Shown here in pieces: positions 26,885-37,811 of a stretch of DNA of 64,000 nt. How positions within the stretch are numbered: the stretch's first letter is position 1; every line of letters starts with the position of its first letter. The notes beneath the pieces are model-generated. The model did not search any database. It was not told the DNA's origin and worked only from the letters and a program-made list of their open reading frames with translations. Origin of the DNA: an uncultured virus (IMG/VR IMGVR_UViG_3300020404_001307) (taxonomy: Duplodnaviria; Heunggongvirae; Uroviricota; Caudoviricetes; Crassvirales); IMG/VR virus record IMGVR_UViG_3300020404_001307; one strand, written 5' to 3'. The translations under genes were made by a program, and so were the position numbers.

Positions 26885-29800
26885 ATGGGAGAAATTAAGC
26901 ATAGTTTTACGGCTGGTAGAATGAACAAAGACAACGATGAAAGACTCGTTCAAAATGGTGAATATAGAGATGCTAGCAACGTACAAATAAGAACTACAGA
27001 TGGCGGAGGTGACGGTGTTGGAGAGGCTGGTACTGTCCAAAACTTACAGGGTAATATATCTACAGGTTTTGCTACCGGTAATATATTAAGTTCTAAGTTT
27101 GCTGACACAAGCTTTACTTGCGTTGGTTCTATTCCTTACGAAAAAATAGATAGTATATATTTCTTTTTTACATCAGGCGGTTACAATCTTCAGCAAATTC
27201 AAAGCACTACAACAGAAATATTTGCAATAGATACTATAGTAGAGCACAATGCTAGAACAGACGAAACTACACCAGTCGTTGTTGATCACTGGGCTTATAT
27301 AACTCCGCTAGTGGTAAATTCTACTGACATGGTTTTTACTAATCCTAATACTCCAGCTAACAATACTGATATTATTTCTATAAATACTAACGGCACTACA
27401 TTTGCTAGTAATGTTAGAGAAAACATGGTTATTAGTTTTTATAATCCTAATAATCTATTAGACTCTCCTTCCGTAAAAATTAAAAAAATAGCTGGCGACG
27501 TTATACACTTTTACGATTCTATAAATTTAGCTGACTGGTCTAATTATACTAAGGTTGTATGTAGACATGATAGGATGCTTCAATTTAAATCTGATAACTT
27601 AATAAATTCTATAAACGTAATAGATAATTTACTTTTTTGGACTGATAATGTAAACGAACCTAAGAAAATAAACATTGATAGATGCAAGAAAGGGACGAGC
27701 GCTACCGGAGATCAACACACGCAGTTGTTTATAGATTTTGCAAATGGCGATACTGTGTTAGCTTCATCAGCTGAAAGTGAAAGTTACGTTAACAACGATT
27801 TACTACTTGAGCATATAACGGTTATAAGAAAAGCCCCCAAGACCCCTCCAACCGTCCATGTGCAAGCATTTAATGTAGACGAAAAAGATTTTGAACTTAC
27901 AGATTACTTAATATCTGATAATGTTGGTTGGATAACAGATGGGCAACCTACGGAAGGCCAGATATTCAACATTGGTTATAATGGTGGGGCTGAAGCTGGA
28001 TTAGCGTCGCCACCTTTAGAAGAAACTTCTTTCACTGTAGGCGACACCTTGGTAGTAGAGCAAATAAATGAAGACATTGGTTTTGTGCCTGTAAAATTTA
28101 AAGTTGAGTTTTTAGGCTATTGTGCTATAGGTAGCAATACAATAGTAGACGAGCCTACGTCTAAAATAAAAGTAAAAATACTAACGCTGCCAGATTCTGA
28201 AATAACAAATGAATTTACTGACTGGAAGTTTAGTCTGCACTCACAAGATCTTGATCCTAAATTTGAGTTAAAGTTTGTTAGGTTTGGTTATAGATATAAA
28301 TATACAGATGGCGAATACTCTGCTTTTTCTCCTTTTTCTGAAATAGCTTTCGACCCTGGCGCTTTTGACTATGATCCAGTAAAAGGATATAATTTAGGTA
28401 TGGTAAACACTATACATAAATTAATAATAAAAGATTTTATACCTTATTATACTGACAAGCCAGTAGACATAACTGAAGTAGATATATTATATAAACCCAC
28501 TGACTCAGCTAATGTTTACGTAGTTAAAACTATAAGAAAAAATGTAGATGGTGAGTGGATTTTATTTACACCCCCAACAAATGGGACTAATCAGTTTTTA
28601 TCCACACAGCCTTCTTTAGAAACTGGAGCGCTGGAAATTAAAAGTGAAATGATACACAAGGTTGTACCTAGTAATCAATTACTAAGAACTTTTGATAATG
28701 TCCCTAGAAAAGCTTTAGCTCAAGAAATAACTGGTAGTAGAATACTATATGGTCACTTTACGCAAGGTTTCGATATAGACCCTATAAGCTTGACTCAAAG
28801 TATTGTTAGCGAGCAGGTGTTTACGCAGCCTAAAAGATCTGTAAAAACAATAAGAGATTACACTGTAGGTATGGTGTTAGGTGATAGGTACGGCAGAGAA
28901 ACGCCTGTTGTTGTTTCTAATAAATTTACAGATGTGTCTACAGATACTGATGATCTGTACCAAGCAGAAACAAACATTGTTAACGTTCCAAAAGAGTTGT
29001 GCGAGTTTTCTAACAAACTTTTAGTTCAACAACAATGGAATTTACCAGGGATCCCTGCGTCTACACCAGATGGCATGCCTTGGTTAGATTATGTTAAATA
29101 CTACGTTAAAGAAACTAGTAATGAATACTATAATTTAGTTTTAGACAGGTGGTATTTTGCTAGAGAAGAAAATAATATATGGCTTTCGTTTCCTTCAGCT
29201 GATAGAAACAAAGTTGATCTTGAAACGTATCTGTATCTTAAAAAAGAACATGGATCAGGCGAAGCTGTGCTTGAAAGAGCTAGGTATAAAATAATAGATA
29301 TAGTAAATGAAGCACCTGACTTTATAAAAACAGATCATCGTATAATGGGTATGGCTGAGATCACAACACCAGGTGACTCACCACCAAACGCGTATGTTAT
29401 GTCTGGTGGCGGTGATGCAAACACGGGTGACCCTAATTTATTAACGGATTTAAGTATTCACGAGGTGCAAATTAAGGAAGGTAATTTTGATAACTTCTTA
29501 GATGCTTATGGTGAAAACATGAGAGGTACGCTGTTGGCTAGGATTGTAGGTAGAACTGAAAACGCGCAGGGTATCGTAATGGAACAGTTAACCTCAGGTG
29601 ATTTTAAAAAAGTAACACATCACTATATGTCTGATTATGGTAATGGCCAAGCTGTTATCGCTTTTAAAAAATCATTTGGTGATTCTGCTAATATGCGCGA
29701 TAGGTTTAATGCGCTTGGTTACACTATAGCTGATGGCACGCATGATCTTAAATACTACATGGAATTTAAAGAAGAGGTTGTAGAAAATAGACCAGAGTTT

Positions 29801-32800
29801 GATGGTAGATTTTTTGTATTAGTAGAAAAAGATTTTACGATAGAACAAAAAGTAGCAGCGCTAACAACGGCTAGCACTAACTATATTGAAGTTGATACTT
29901 TTACAATATCATACGTAGACAGTCAACAATTTAATCCAGCACAGTCTGGACCTTATTCTTATTTAGGAAGTGGTAATGATGCTTATGCTAGTAATGGTGG
30001 CGTTTATAATGGAATCGATGTTGGTGATGTTACAGTAACTGATGATACTGGTAATCCAAATGAATGGTGGGGTTGGGGTAGGTTTAGGAATGACGCTCAA
30101 GTCTTTTATAATAATGAGTTTTCTGAAACTATTAATGTAGGTCAAGATAGTTCTCTTGCTCATTTGTTTGCAATGGGGTGTGGAAGCTTTATGTTTGTAG
30201 ATACTCTTGGTACTGGTGGTGGTACAGTTGGTCAGTTTGGTAGCAACGGATATTTAGGTAGAACTTGTAACTTTGCTGAAATTACGTTGACGTACTGGCA
30301 ACAATTTAGATATTGGCACACGGGTGATGATAGCGAGAACTATGGAAATACAAACGACTTGGGTATCGCTAATACAACTTTAGTATTTTTAGACGGAGCT
30401 AGAGCGCATAGATTTGATTTAGAGGAATTTGGACCTAGCATGGGCTCTTTAAGCGAAGGTGATTTAAATGGCGTACAATTTCAAAATGGAGGTTCTTCAA
30501 GTGACTTTGCTGTCAACGATAAAAGAGATTATCCGACTGTGGCACCTAGTATATACAACTACAAGCCAACAGCATTAGACGCTGGTAACGCTTCTATTGG
30601 TATGGGTAGAATGATCATAAGTCAACAGTGGCCGGGTAATAATCCTCCAGGAATGCAATTTCAACTAGAAGGCGGTTCTGTATGGACACACTTTTCTACG
30701 CCTGGTACTAGATTTAAGTTTGTTGATGATAACACCGACACATCAGATTCTGATTTTCCAGATGGCAAGCCTTATATATATGAAGTTATAGATAGAGATG
30801 TCGCTGACCCAAGTATACAGTTAGCTCCGCAAAGGCATAGGCATGTAAAGAATTATGCTGTAATAGGACCGAGTGGAGTGTTAACTGGAGAGTTTTCTGG
30901 ATTCCCAGTTTGGAAAAGCGCTACTATACATGCTACAAAAACAATTTTCAATAACTCAGGAAGTTTGATGGTTGGCTCTGATGGCAGTAGTTCAAGTTTT
31001 GGTGGGCAAAATAATCTAAGGGCTGACGCGAGTGGTAACATACTACCTGATTGCTGGTCTGGCCTTAATCCCCTTGTTTGTTTTCCAAATGCTGCTGATG
31101 ATGGCACTACGATTGTTAATATAGGTGTTTATAAAAATGTTGATAGTGATGATTTAAGCAATGAATCACACAGACAGTTGAGGAACTGCAAAGACTGTGA
31201 GTCTAGTGGCGGCGCTTCTGGTGGATATTTTGGAAGTGCTCCTTCATCACAGTTTTGTGAAAGAAGTAGTCTTAGATTTGAGTTTAGAAGATTAGATGAA
31301 AATGGAGAATTAACTAACACCGGCGTTATACCAGAAGAGTTTGATCCAAGAGGTTGGGCAAAGCACGATGGGACAGCTGGAGGAATAAAAATAGCTATAT
31401 TACAAAAAACAATTAGTGCGGATGGTTCAGAACCTATAGAAATAGAATCTGATAGAGCCGTGTGGGAAACTGAACCTAAAGAAGACGTAGGGTTAGACTT
31501 ATATTATGAGGCGTCTCACGCATTGCCGGTTAGACTATCTATGGGTAATACTCTTGCTTTTGCTCCATTAAAATCTGTAATAACATCTGAATATAATACT
31601 GTATCAGGAAATAATGTTGACAACTTGTTAACAAATATGGATGGCGATAATTTTGAAAAAGTTATTGTTGGAGGCGTAGAATACACAGAAAACAAGTCGT
31701 TAATAAAACCTATTTCTGTAGACGGTGATGGTAACGAAGCCCTTATGAATCAAATAGGTATTGGTGATAATATAATGTTTACGCATACTAGTGGCCTGCA
31801 AACTAAAAGTAAAGTTCTAGGATATTACTCCGCTCCAACGAGTAACAATTACACACTGCTTCCTACTACTAGCTTTACAGCAACTATAACTTTAGACCCT
31901 GGTACTATAACAGGCGTAGAAACTCAAGGTACCGTAACAATATCTAACTATCAAGCTGGCTTTAGTGAAAGTGATTTAGTAACAGGTGCTCATATTCAAG
32001 CAGCGCCTGGCAATACTGGGCCTAATGTTCCAGGTAATGTTTTTATTAAATACTTTCCAGGTGTTAATATACAACTATCTAATACTATAGGCTGGTTGGT
32101 TACTGAAAATGATGATGGTACTTTTGATTTTAGTAACAACACAATAGATGTAATTATAACTTTACCAGGAGATTATTTATGGATAGACTCAGATGTTTGG
32201 AAATACCCTGTTAAACTTGGTTGGCATAATTGTTATTCATTTGGTAACGGTGTAGAATCAGATAGAATAAGAGATGATTTTAATGCCCCTACTATAGACA
32301 ATGGAGTGATTGTATCTACTACCGTAGACCAAGTTAAAGAAGAAAATAGATCTAGTAGTTTAATATTTTCAGGATTATATAACTCAACATCATCTGTTAA
32401 TGATCTTAACGAGTTTAATATGGGTGAAAAAATTATTAAAGATTTAAACCCAGAATACGGATCTATACAAGCTTTAAAAACTAGAGACTCAGATGTTGTA
32501 GCTTTTTGTGAAGATAGAATATTAAAAGTATTGGCTAACAAAGATGCTGTTTTTTCAGCTGATAACGATCCTAGATTAGTTGCTACTGATAGAGTGTTAG
32601 GTCAAGTTTCTACATTTAGAGGTGATTACGGTATATCAAAAAATCCAGAATCTTTAGCTAGCGATCAATATAGATTATATTTTACTGACACTCAAAGGGG
32701 CGCTGTACTAAGATTATCTATGGACGGATTAACTCCTATATCTAACGTTGGCATGAAGACTTGGTTTAGAGAAAACTTAAATCCAAATAGTAGGCTTCTA

Positions 32801-33496
32801 GGAACATTCGATAAAGTAAATGGAGAATATAACTTAACATTAACACCCGCTACAAGCAATGGGCCTACGGTTTCTTTTAATGAAGCATCAAAAGGCTGGG
32901 TTAGCTTTAAGTCTTTTTCTCCAGACGAAGGCCAGTCTGTTTCCGGAAAATATGTTACCGTAAAACACGGAACATTGTACACCCATTACTTCGATACTTT
33001 TGATAGTACCGGTGAAGTTAATAACAGAAATTTATTTTATGGCGCAGAGACTTTGGAAAATAGTGCTCACTCAACTTTAACAGTTATGTTTAATGACGCA
33101 CCTGGAACGGTTAAGTCTTTTAAAGCTATAAACTATGAAGGCTCTCAAGCTAGAATAGATCAGTATATTTCTGTTAGTGATTCTAGTTATCAAAATGATT
33201 ATTATAATATATTTGAAGACAAACATGGCTGGTGGGTTAGTTCAATAGAAACTGATTTAGAAAAAGGTGAGGTTCAATGGTTTGTAGATAAAGAAAACAA
33301 ATGGTTCAACAAAATATGTGGCACGGAAGGAAATGTTGACACTAGTCAATTTACAGTTCAAGGTTTAGGGTTTGCGTCTTCTGTAGTTATACCAGATACA
33401 GATTCAGGTGATGGTAGCGATGATAGCGGAGGAGACGATCCAATACAAGTTGACCCACAACCTGTGACGTTTAAAATTAAAAACAACGATGATTAA
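26885..33496 (+). CDS. Large tail stabilisation/nozzle (muzzle)-like protein, 2203 aa
   Basis: N-terminal F..GRMNKD.DERL..NGEY.DA.N, LLFWTD..NEPKKIN, YGISKNPES, YFTD, KENKWF motifs. Confidence 0.75.
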   Translation: MGEIKHSFTAGRMNKDNDERLVQNGEYRDASNVQIRTTDGGGDGVGEAGTVQNLQGNISTGFATGNILSSKFADTSFTCVGSIPYEKIDSIYFFFTSGGYNLQQIQSTTTEIFAIDTIVEHNARTDETTPVVVDHWAYITPLVVNSTDMVFTNPNTPANNTDIISINTNGTTFASNVRENMVISFYNPNNLLDSPSVKIKKIAGDVIHFYDSINLADWSNYTKVVCRHDRMLQFKSDNLINSINVIDNLLFWTDNVNEPKKINIDRCKKGTSATGDQHTQLFIDFANGDTVLASSAESESYVNNDLLLEHITVIRKAPKTPPTVHVQAFNVDEKDFELTDYLISDNVGWITDGQPTEGQIFNIGYNGGAEAGLASPPLEETSFTVGDTLVVEQINEDIGFVPVKFKVEFLGYCAIGSNTIVDEPTSKIKVKILTLPDSEITNEFTDWKFSLHSQDLDPKFELKFVRFGYRYKYTDGEYSAFSPFSEIAFDPGAFDYDPVKGYNLGMVNTIHKLIIKDFIPYYTDKPVDITEVDILYKPTDSANVYVVKTIRKNVDGEWILFTPPTNGTNQFLSTQPSLETGALEIKSEMIHKVVPSNQLLRTFDNVPRKALAQEITGSRILYGHFTQGFDIDPISLTQSIVSEQVFTQPKRSVKTIRDYTVGMVLGDRYGRETPVVVSNKFTDVSTDTDDLYQAETNIVNVPKELCEFSNKLLVQQQWNLPGIPASTPDGMPWLDYVKYYVKETSNEYYNLVLDRWYFAREENNIWLSFPSADRNKVDLETYLYLKKEHGSGEAVLERARYKIIDIVNEAPDFIKTDHRIMGMAEITTPGDSPPNAYVMSGGGDANTGDPNLLTDLSIHEVQIKEGNFDNFLDAYGENMRGTLLARIVGRTENAQGIVMEQLTSGDFKKVTHHYMSDYGNGQAVIAFKKSFGDSANMRDRFNALGYTIADGTHDLKYYMEFKEEVVENRPEFDGRFFVLVEKDFTIEQKVAALTTASTNYIEVDTFTISYVDSQQFNPAQSGPYSYLGSGNDAYASNGGVYNGIDVGDVTVTDDTGNPNEWWGWGRFRNDAQVFYNNEFSETINVGQDSSLAHLFAMGCGSFMFVDTLGTGGGTVGQFGSNGYLGRTCNFAEITLTYWQQFRYWHTGDDSENYGNTNDLGIANTTLVFLDGARAHRFDLEEFGPSMGSLSEGDLNGVQFQNGGSSSDFAVNDKRDYPTVAPSIYNYKPTALDAGNASIGMGRMIISQQWPGNNPPGMQFQLEGGSVWTHFSTPGTRFKFVDDNTDTSDSDFPDGKPYIYEVIDRDVADPSIQLAPQRHRHVKNYAVIGPSGVLTGEFSGFPVWKSATIHATKTIFNNSGSLMVGSDGSSSSFGGQNNLRADASGNILPDCWSGLNPLVCFPNAADDGTTIVNIGVYKNVDSDDLSNESHRQLRNCKDCESSGGASGGYFGSAPSSQFCERSSLRFEFRRLDENGELTNTGVIPEEFDPRGWAKHDGTAGGIKIAILQKTISADGSEPIEIESDRAVWETEPKEDVGLDLYYEASHALPVRLSMGNTLAFAPLKSVITSEYNTVSGNNVDNLLTNMDGDNFEKVIVGGVEYTENKSLIKPISVDGDGNEALMNQIGIGDNIMFTHTSGLQTKSKVLGYYSAPTSNNYTLLPTTSFTATITLDPGTITGVETQGTVTISNYQAGFSESDLVTGAHIQAAPGNTGPNVPGNVFIKYFPGVNIQLSNTIGWLVTENDDGTFDFSNNTIDVIITLPGDYLWIDSDVWKYPVKLGWHNCYSFGNGVESDRIRDDFNAPTIDNGVIVSTTVDQVKEENRSSSLIFSGLYNSTSSVNDLNEFNMGEKIIKDLNPEYGSIQALKTRDSDVVAFCEDRILKVLANKDAVFSADNDPRLVATDRVLGQVSTFRGDYGISKNPESLASDQYRLYFTDTQRGAVLRLSMDGLTPISNVGMKTWFRENLNPNSRLLGTFDKVNGEYNLTLTPATSNGPTVSFNEASKGWVSFKSFSPDEGQSVSGKYVTVKHGTLYTHYFDTFDSTGEVNNRNLFYGAETLENSAHSTLTVMFNDAPGTVKSFKAINYEGSQARIDQYISVSDSSYQNDYYNIFEDKHGWWVSSIETDLEKGEVQWFVDKENKWFNKICGTEGNVDTSQFTVQGLGFASSVVIPDTDSGDGSDDSGGDDPIQVDPQPVTFKIKNNDD

Positions 33497-33498
33497 TT

Positions 33499-35037
33499 AT
33501 GTCTACTGCTACTTTAACTAACTGCACAGCAACACAATATTCAGCACAAGAATTTGCTGGAGATAGTGTTTCAGCTGGAAACCTAGAGCTACAATCACCT
33601 CCAGCTGGCGCAACACTTACTGTTCCGTTCAATCAATTTTATTATTTAACTATAGAGGCTTCGCCTGGTTATAGAATAAATACATCAATGGTTTCACTTG
33701 GAATTAATAACGATGGTATGATTCAAAATAATGATAGTATTAACGGCGTTGTAATTTATAATGGTATATCAGAATCAGACACTAGTCAATTTCCTAGCGA
33801 CTTAGATCAAATAAGAATATATGATTCAGAACCTAATACCGTTACATGTAATAATAAGGTTATAGTAGAACTAAAATTATCTGCTGACTTTGTAATGCCA
33901 AACTACGATTATACTGTTAATCTTGATTTAAATGCAACGGCTTTACCTTGTGAGCCTATAGTACCTAACCCAGATAATAACGGTATTGATGATGATGGTA
34001 TCTGGGACGGTTCAGCGTACGCTTGGTATACTTCGTTTGAGCTAATACCAATAACAGCTCCATTAATGACTGCACCTTATTTCACTATGTATGCGGCAAA
34101 ATATTACGAAGAAGAAACTTACGTCGTTTCACCGTACAATGGAACTCAAGTTGCGTTTGAAAATTGGAATAATGGACTTGATAGCATTCTTCCACCACTA
34201 CCTGATTATGATGTTAACGGTAGCTATGCTGAATTATTTGATAGTAATTATAACGATGGCTCTTTAAATAGTTACTCACCTACAGCTTATACGCGTGTTT
34301 CGTGGAATGGTAATTCTGCTGTACTTTTTGATCCAGATTTTAATCCTAATATATTCACTGGCACCGAGGCTCAAATGTTATTTGGTACGGTTGTAGCACT
34401 TTTTAGCGGTAGTAACACTGATTTTTCAAATACCGATATAGATGATTATACAAATTCTAGTAGTGACGCGACTCACCCTAATAATTCATCTACTGTTTTA
34501 TTTACCAGTCGAAATGATACAAAGCTAAAATACATATGGCGAGGAGACACAAGTAATACGTCGGCAATAGACAACCCAGTACTTACGCCTGGCGATGGAA
34601 TTATACCTCCAGCGCTTTGTTGGTATATATCTTTAGGTAGTAGTGTTAATCATCAATTAATAGCTGACCCTTCTTTTATAAAAGTAGTTAGAATATTAAC
34701 AACAATAAATCAGGCAGATTTTTGGCAATATGGTGGCCCTCTTAACTTTTACGACATGCCTAGTGCACCAGATTTTGTACAAAATGGTCAATCTATATTA
34801 TCTAATGATGGTGCTACAGTTATTGCTAATAATAGCTATTTAGACATAACACCTAGCAACATAGAGCTAACACAAATAGATACTACTACCGTAAAAATTA
34901 AAATTCCATTTAGGAATATATCGATACCATGGCAGCAAGCACCGCCGCAAGAACCACCTTATACTAGTTTACCTTTTCCAGATACGTCTAGATTTACAAC
35001 TAAAATATTTATATCAGTAATTCCAGTAGAAGTTTAA
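33499..35037 (+). CDS. Putative tail-associated protein
   Basis: Acidic N/D/S/T-rich ORF in the tail module. Confidence 0.55.
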   Translation: MSTATLTNCTATQYSAQEFAGDSVSAGNLELQSPPAGATLTVPFNQFYYLTIEASPGYRINTSMVSLGINNDGMIQNNDSINGVVIYNGISESDTSQFPSDLDQIRIYDSEPNTVTCNNKVIVELKLSADFVMPNYDYTVNLDLNATALPCEPIVPNPDNNGIDDDGIWDGSAYAWYTSFELIPITAPLMTAPYFTMYAAKYYEEETYVVSPYNGTQVAFENWNNGLDSILPPLPDYDVNGSYAELFDSNYNDGSLNSYSPTAYTRVSWNGNSAVLFDPDFNPNIFTGTEAQMLFGTVVALFSGSNTDFSNTDIDDYTNSSSDATHPNNSSTVLFTSRNDTKLKYIWRGDTSNTSAIDNPVLTPGDGIIPPALCWYISLGSSVNHQLIADPSFIKVVRILTTINQADFWQYGGPLNFYDMPSAPDFVQNGQSILSNDGATVIANNSYLDITPSNIELTQIDTTTVKIKIPFRNISIPWQQAPPQEPPYTSLPFPDTSRFTTKIFISVIPVEV

Positions 35038-35041
35038 TAAT

Positions 35042-36487
35042 ATGATAAGTAATACAAATTTATATTTAAATATACAAGCTAATTCATTTGGATCTAATTT
35101 AGGTTTTACAGCAATACCCGTTGCTCAAAAGTTTAAAGTTCCAGGTATTGATAAAGCTAGAAAAAGCACTAATTCTTTTTTAAACAGTGTAGACTCTGAA
35201 GGCTTTGTTACAAAGTCTTTTACTCCTAACATTAGTGTTATTTCAAGGACTAACCCAGACACAACTCAAGAGGTTAGTAGCTTAACAATAGATGCTATAG
35301 TTCCTTATAAAAAAAGAGTTAAAATAGCTACAGTATCACTAGGTGCTAAAGCTGGTTTTTCTTTAATAAACGAACCATTTATAACTTATGATAGTACACC
35401 TATAGCTGGGCTAAGTTTATATTTAGAAAAAGGATCTTCAAAAACAAATTTTGATTTGTTTTGCGAGCTAGAAGACGAGGTTAGAACTGAAGGAGTACCA
35501 ACATTTGAAATTAGTTATATCGTAACAAACAACGTTCCAGCTAAAACAGCTAGAATAAATAAGGTTGTTACAGGTGGAGATTTAACTTCCTTTGGTTCTA
35601 CTAGAACTATAAAGATAATAGGAACTCCTAATACTCCTTTTAGCATATCTATATTAAACTCTGAAAATAATAGCTCTATATTAACAGCCTCTAATTCAAC
35701 AACAGTATTACCTGTTGGTAGAAAACAGTGCTTAACTGCTTTAACTGGCAAATCAGGTATATATAAATTTAAACAATTTTTTCCTGGAGCACCATCAAAA
35801 AGATTAACAACTGTAAATGGAAACTTTACTAACGAAAAAAAAGTAATATTTACTAACTTAACAGACGTATTAGTAGGAGATGAATTAAGAATTTTAACTG
35901 AGTTTGGCCAAGCAAATAATCCCGGCAAATCTATAAAAGTTGTTGAGCTTAACCCAGATGGTGACAATGCTAATGAGTGTTTACTATCTGATGCTATAAC
36001 AGCGGCAAGTGGTCGTAAGGCTTCTTTTAATAGAAATATCTCGTACGATATACATTTAAGTACAACAGCTGAACTAGCAGACACTTTTGCAAAAGGATAT
36101 CCTAGCGTAGTAATGAACCAAAGCTCTATACCAAGATTAGAGTTTACTGTTTTTACAACAAATAATTTATTTCAAATAAATAGTGTCGCCCCTACGGGTA
36201 GCGGTAATAGTGAAACAAACTACTTGTCTGGCCAAAAATTTAGATCAAGCTTTAAAAGATATACATATGTAATAACAAAGACAAACGGCGCTAATATAAC
36301 TCAAAATAATAATAACTTTCTTGCGGCTGTAGTTAATAGCGTTAGTGGCGGAGCTGTGTGTTACGCAGATTTTAAATCAACAGGATCTGGTTCTAATACA
36401 TATACATTGACAATTGATTTTTATGTAAGAGAGTTTGGTCCTATAGATAGCGTAAAAAACTTTAATCTTGATAATATAATAACTTAA
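35042..36487 (+). CDS. Putative tail-associated protein
   Basis: Beta-rich ORF in the tail module. Confidence 0.55.
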   Translation: MISNTNLYLNIQANSFGSNLGFTAIPVAQKFKVPGIDKARKSTNSFLNSVDSEGFVTKSFTPNISVISRTNPDTTQEVSSLTIDAIVPYKKRVKIATVSLGAKAGFSLINEPFITYDSTPIAGLSLYLEKGSSKTNFDLFCELEDEVRTEGVPTFEISYIVTNNVPAKTARINKVVTGGDLTSFGSTRTIKIIGTPNTPFSISILNSENNSSILTASNSTTVLPVGRKQCLTALTGKSGIYKFKQFFPGAPSKRLTTVNGNFTNEKKVIFTNLTDVLVGDELRILTEFGQANNPGKSIKVVELNPDGDNANECLLSDAITAASGRKASFNRNISYDIHLSTTAELADTFAKGYPSVVMNQSSIPRLEFTVFTTNNLFQINSVAPTGSGNSETNYLSGQKFRSSFKRYTYVITKTNGANITQNNNNFLAAVVNSVSGGAVCYADFKSTGSGSNTYTLTIDFYVREFGPIDSVKNFNLDNIIT

Positions 36488-36488
36488 T

Positions 36489-36860
36489 ATGGAAACAGTA
36501 AACTTAACATTCCCAGCGCCATTTAATATGTCTTGTAAGGTAGGAGATCTTGTGTACTATGTTGATACAACTTCTAATTTCCAAGGCAGTGGTTTTATGG
36601 TTGGCGCTGACAACTATCAACTTATAGGTGCTATAAATTCTATAATAACACTTAGCAGCGAGGTTATAATCAATGTTCAGTTAACCGGTCCTACGGCTAG
36701 CTTAGTATCTACAACTGACTTTATATTCTTTGTTAAAAATAATTTAGTAGAAACAGGTTCTATAAAAGGGTATTTTTCTAAAGTTAAATATAGAAACAAC
36801 TCTACTAAGCCAGCTGAAATGTTTCAAACAGCTTGTGAGATAGAAGAAAGTAGTAAATAA
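36489..36860 (+). CDS. Putative tail-associated protein
   Basis: 123 aa, closes the tail module. Confidence 0.55.
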   Translation: METVNLTFPAPFNMSCKVGDLVYYVDTTSNFQGSGFMVGADNYQLIGAINSIITLSSEVIINVQLTGPTASLVSTTDFIFFVKNNLVETGSIKGYFSKVKYRNNSTKPAEMFQTACEIEESSK

Positions 36861-36900
36861 GTGTTAATAAATGTAATTATAATATAGTAAATTATTAAAT

Positions 36901-37800
36901 ATGGAAAACAACAATAGCCCTAATAAGCAAATATCTTTACAAAACGCTCAGAATTTTATGAACTATCAAGTTCCTAGCTTCATGCAAAACAATACAGGTC
37001 AAGGTGGCGCGGGTGGATTTGGTCAGAATTTATTAGGTGGCGGTGGTGGTGGTAATGTAATGAGCAACTTAAGTCAAGCTCAAGGTAACATGAGGTACAA
37101 CGTTCCTAATTTAGCTGGTGGCGACGGGGCCGCAGGTGGTGGCGGTATAGGGGGTTTCCTTGGTAAAGCGTCTAGTTTTTTAGGTAGCGCTGCTACGCCT
37201 ATAGGTATAGGCTTGTCTATAGTCGGTAGCGTTATTGGTGCAAAATCTGCTAGAAAAGCTCAAAGAAAAGCGGAGAAACAAGCAAAAAAAGCAAAGAAGG
37301 CTTTAGATAGGCGAATGAAAGACTTCCAGTCTATGGACACTAGCAATCCGTATCTTAACATGGAAAACGTAATGGAAGATTTAACTATAGACCAAAGAGC
37401 GTCTCAGTTTCAAAAAGAACAATTTCAACAAAGCCAAGCTAATATATTAGACAATTTACGTGGAGCTGCTGGTGGTAGTGGTGTTGCTGCATTAGCGCAG
37501 ACATTGGCTAGAGAAGGTCAATTAGCATCTCAACAGTCAGCTATTGATATAGGCAAACAAGAAAGAGCAAACCAAATGGCTGAAAGAAGTGAGACAGCTA
37601 GATTAAAAGGTTTAGAAATACAAGGCGAATACCAACAAAGACAAGACGAACAATATAAAACAGAGACACTTCTTGGTATGGCTCAACAACAGTATGCGGC
37701 TAAACAAGGCCAAGTAGAGCAAGCTAAACAAGCTAGAATGGATGCAATAACAGGTGGTATACAAAATGCAGCAGGCATGTTTGCTGGATTTGGTGGATAA
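36901..37800 (+). CDS. Putative internal virion / DNA-ejection protein
   Basis: G/A/Q-rich helical protein with a hydrophobic segment; first of three genes of increasing size. Confidence 0.6.
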   Translation: MENNNSPNKQISLQNAQNFMNYQVPSFMQNNTGQGGAGGFGQNLLGGGGGGNVMSNLSQAQGNMRYNVPNLAGGDGAAGGGGIGGFLGKASSFLGSAATPIGIGLSIVGSVIGAKSARKAQRKAEKQAKKAKKALDRRMKDFQSMDTSNPYLNMENVMEDLTIDQRASQFQKEQFQQSQANILDNLRGAAGGSGVAALAQTLAREGQLASQQSAIDIGKQERANQMAERSETARLKGLEIQGEYQQRQDEQYKTETLLGMAQQQYAAKQGQVEQAKQARMDAITGGIQNAAGMFAGFGG

Positions 37801-37811
37801 AAAATAAAACT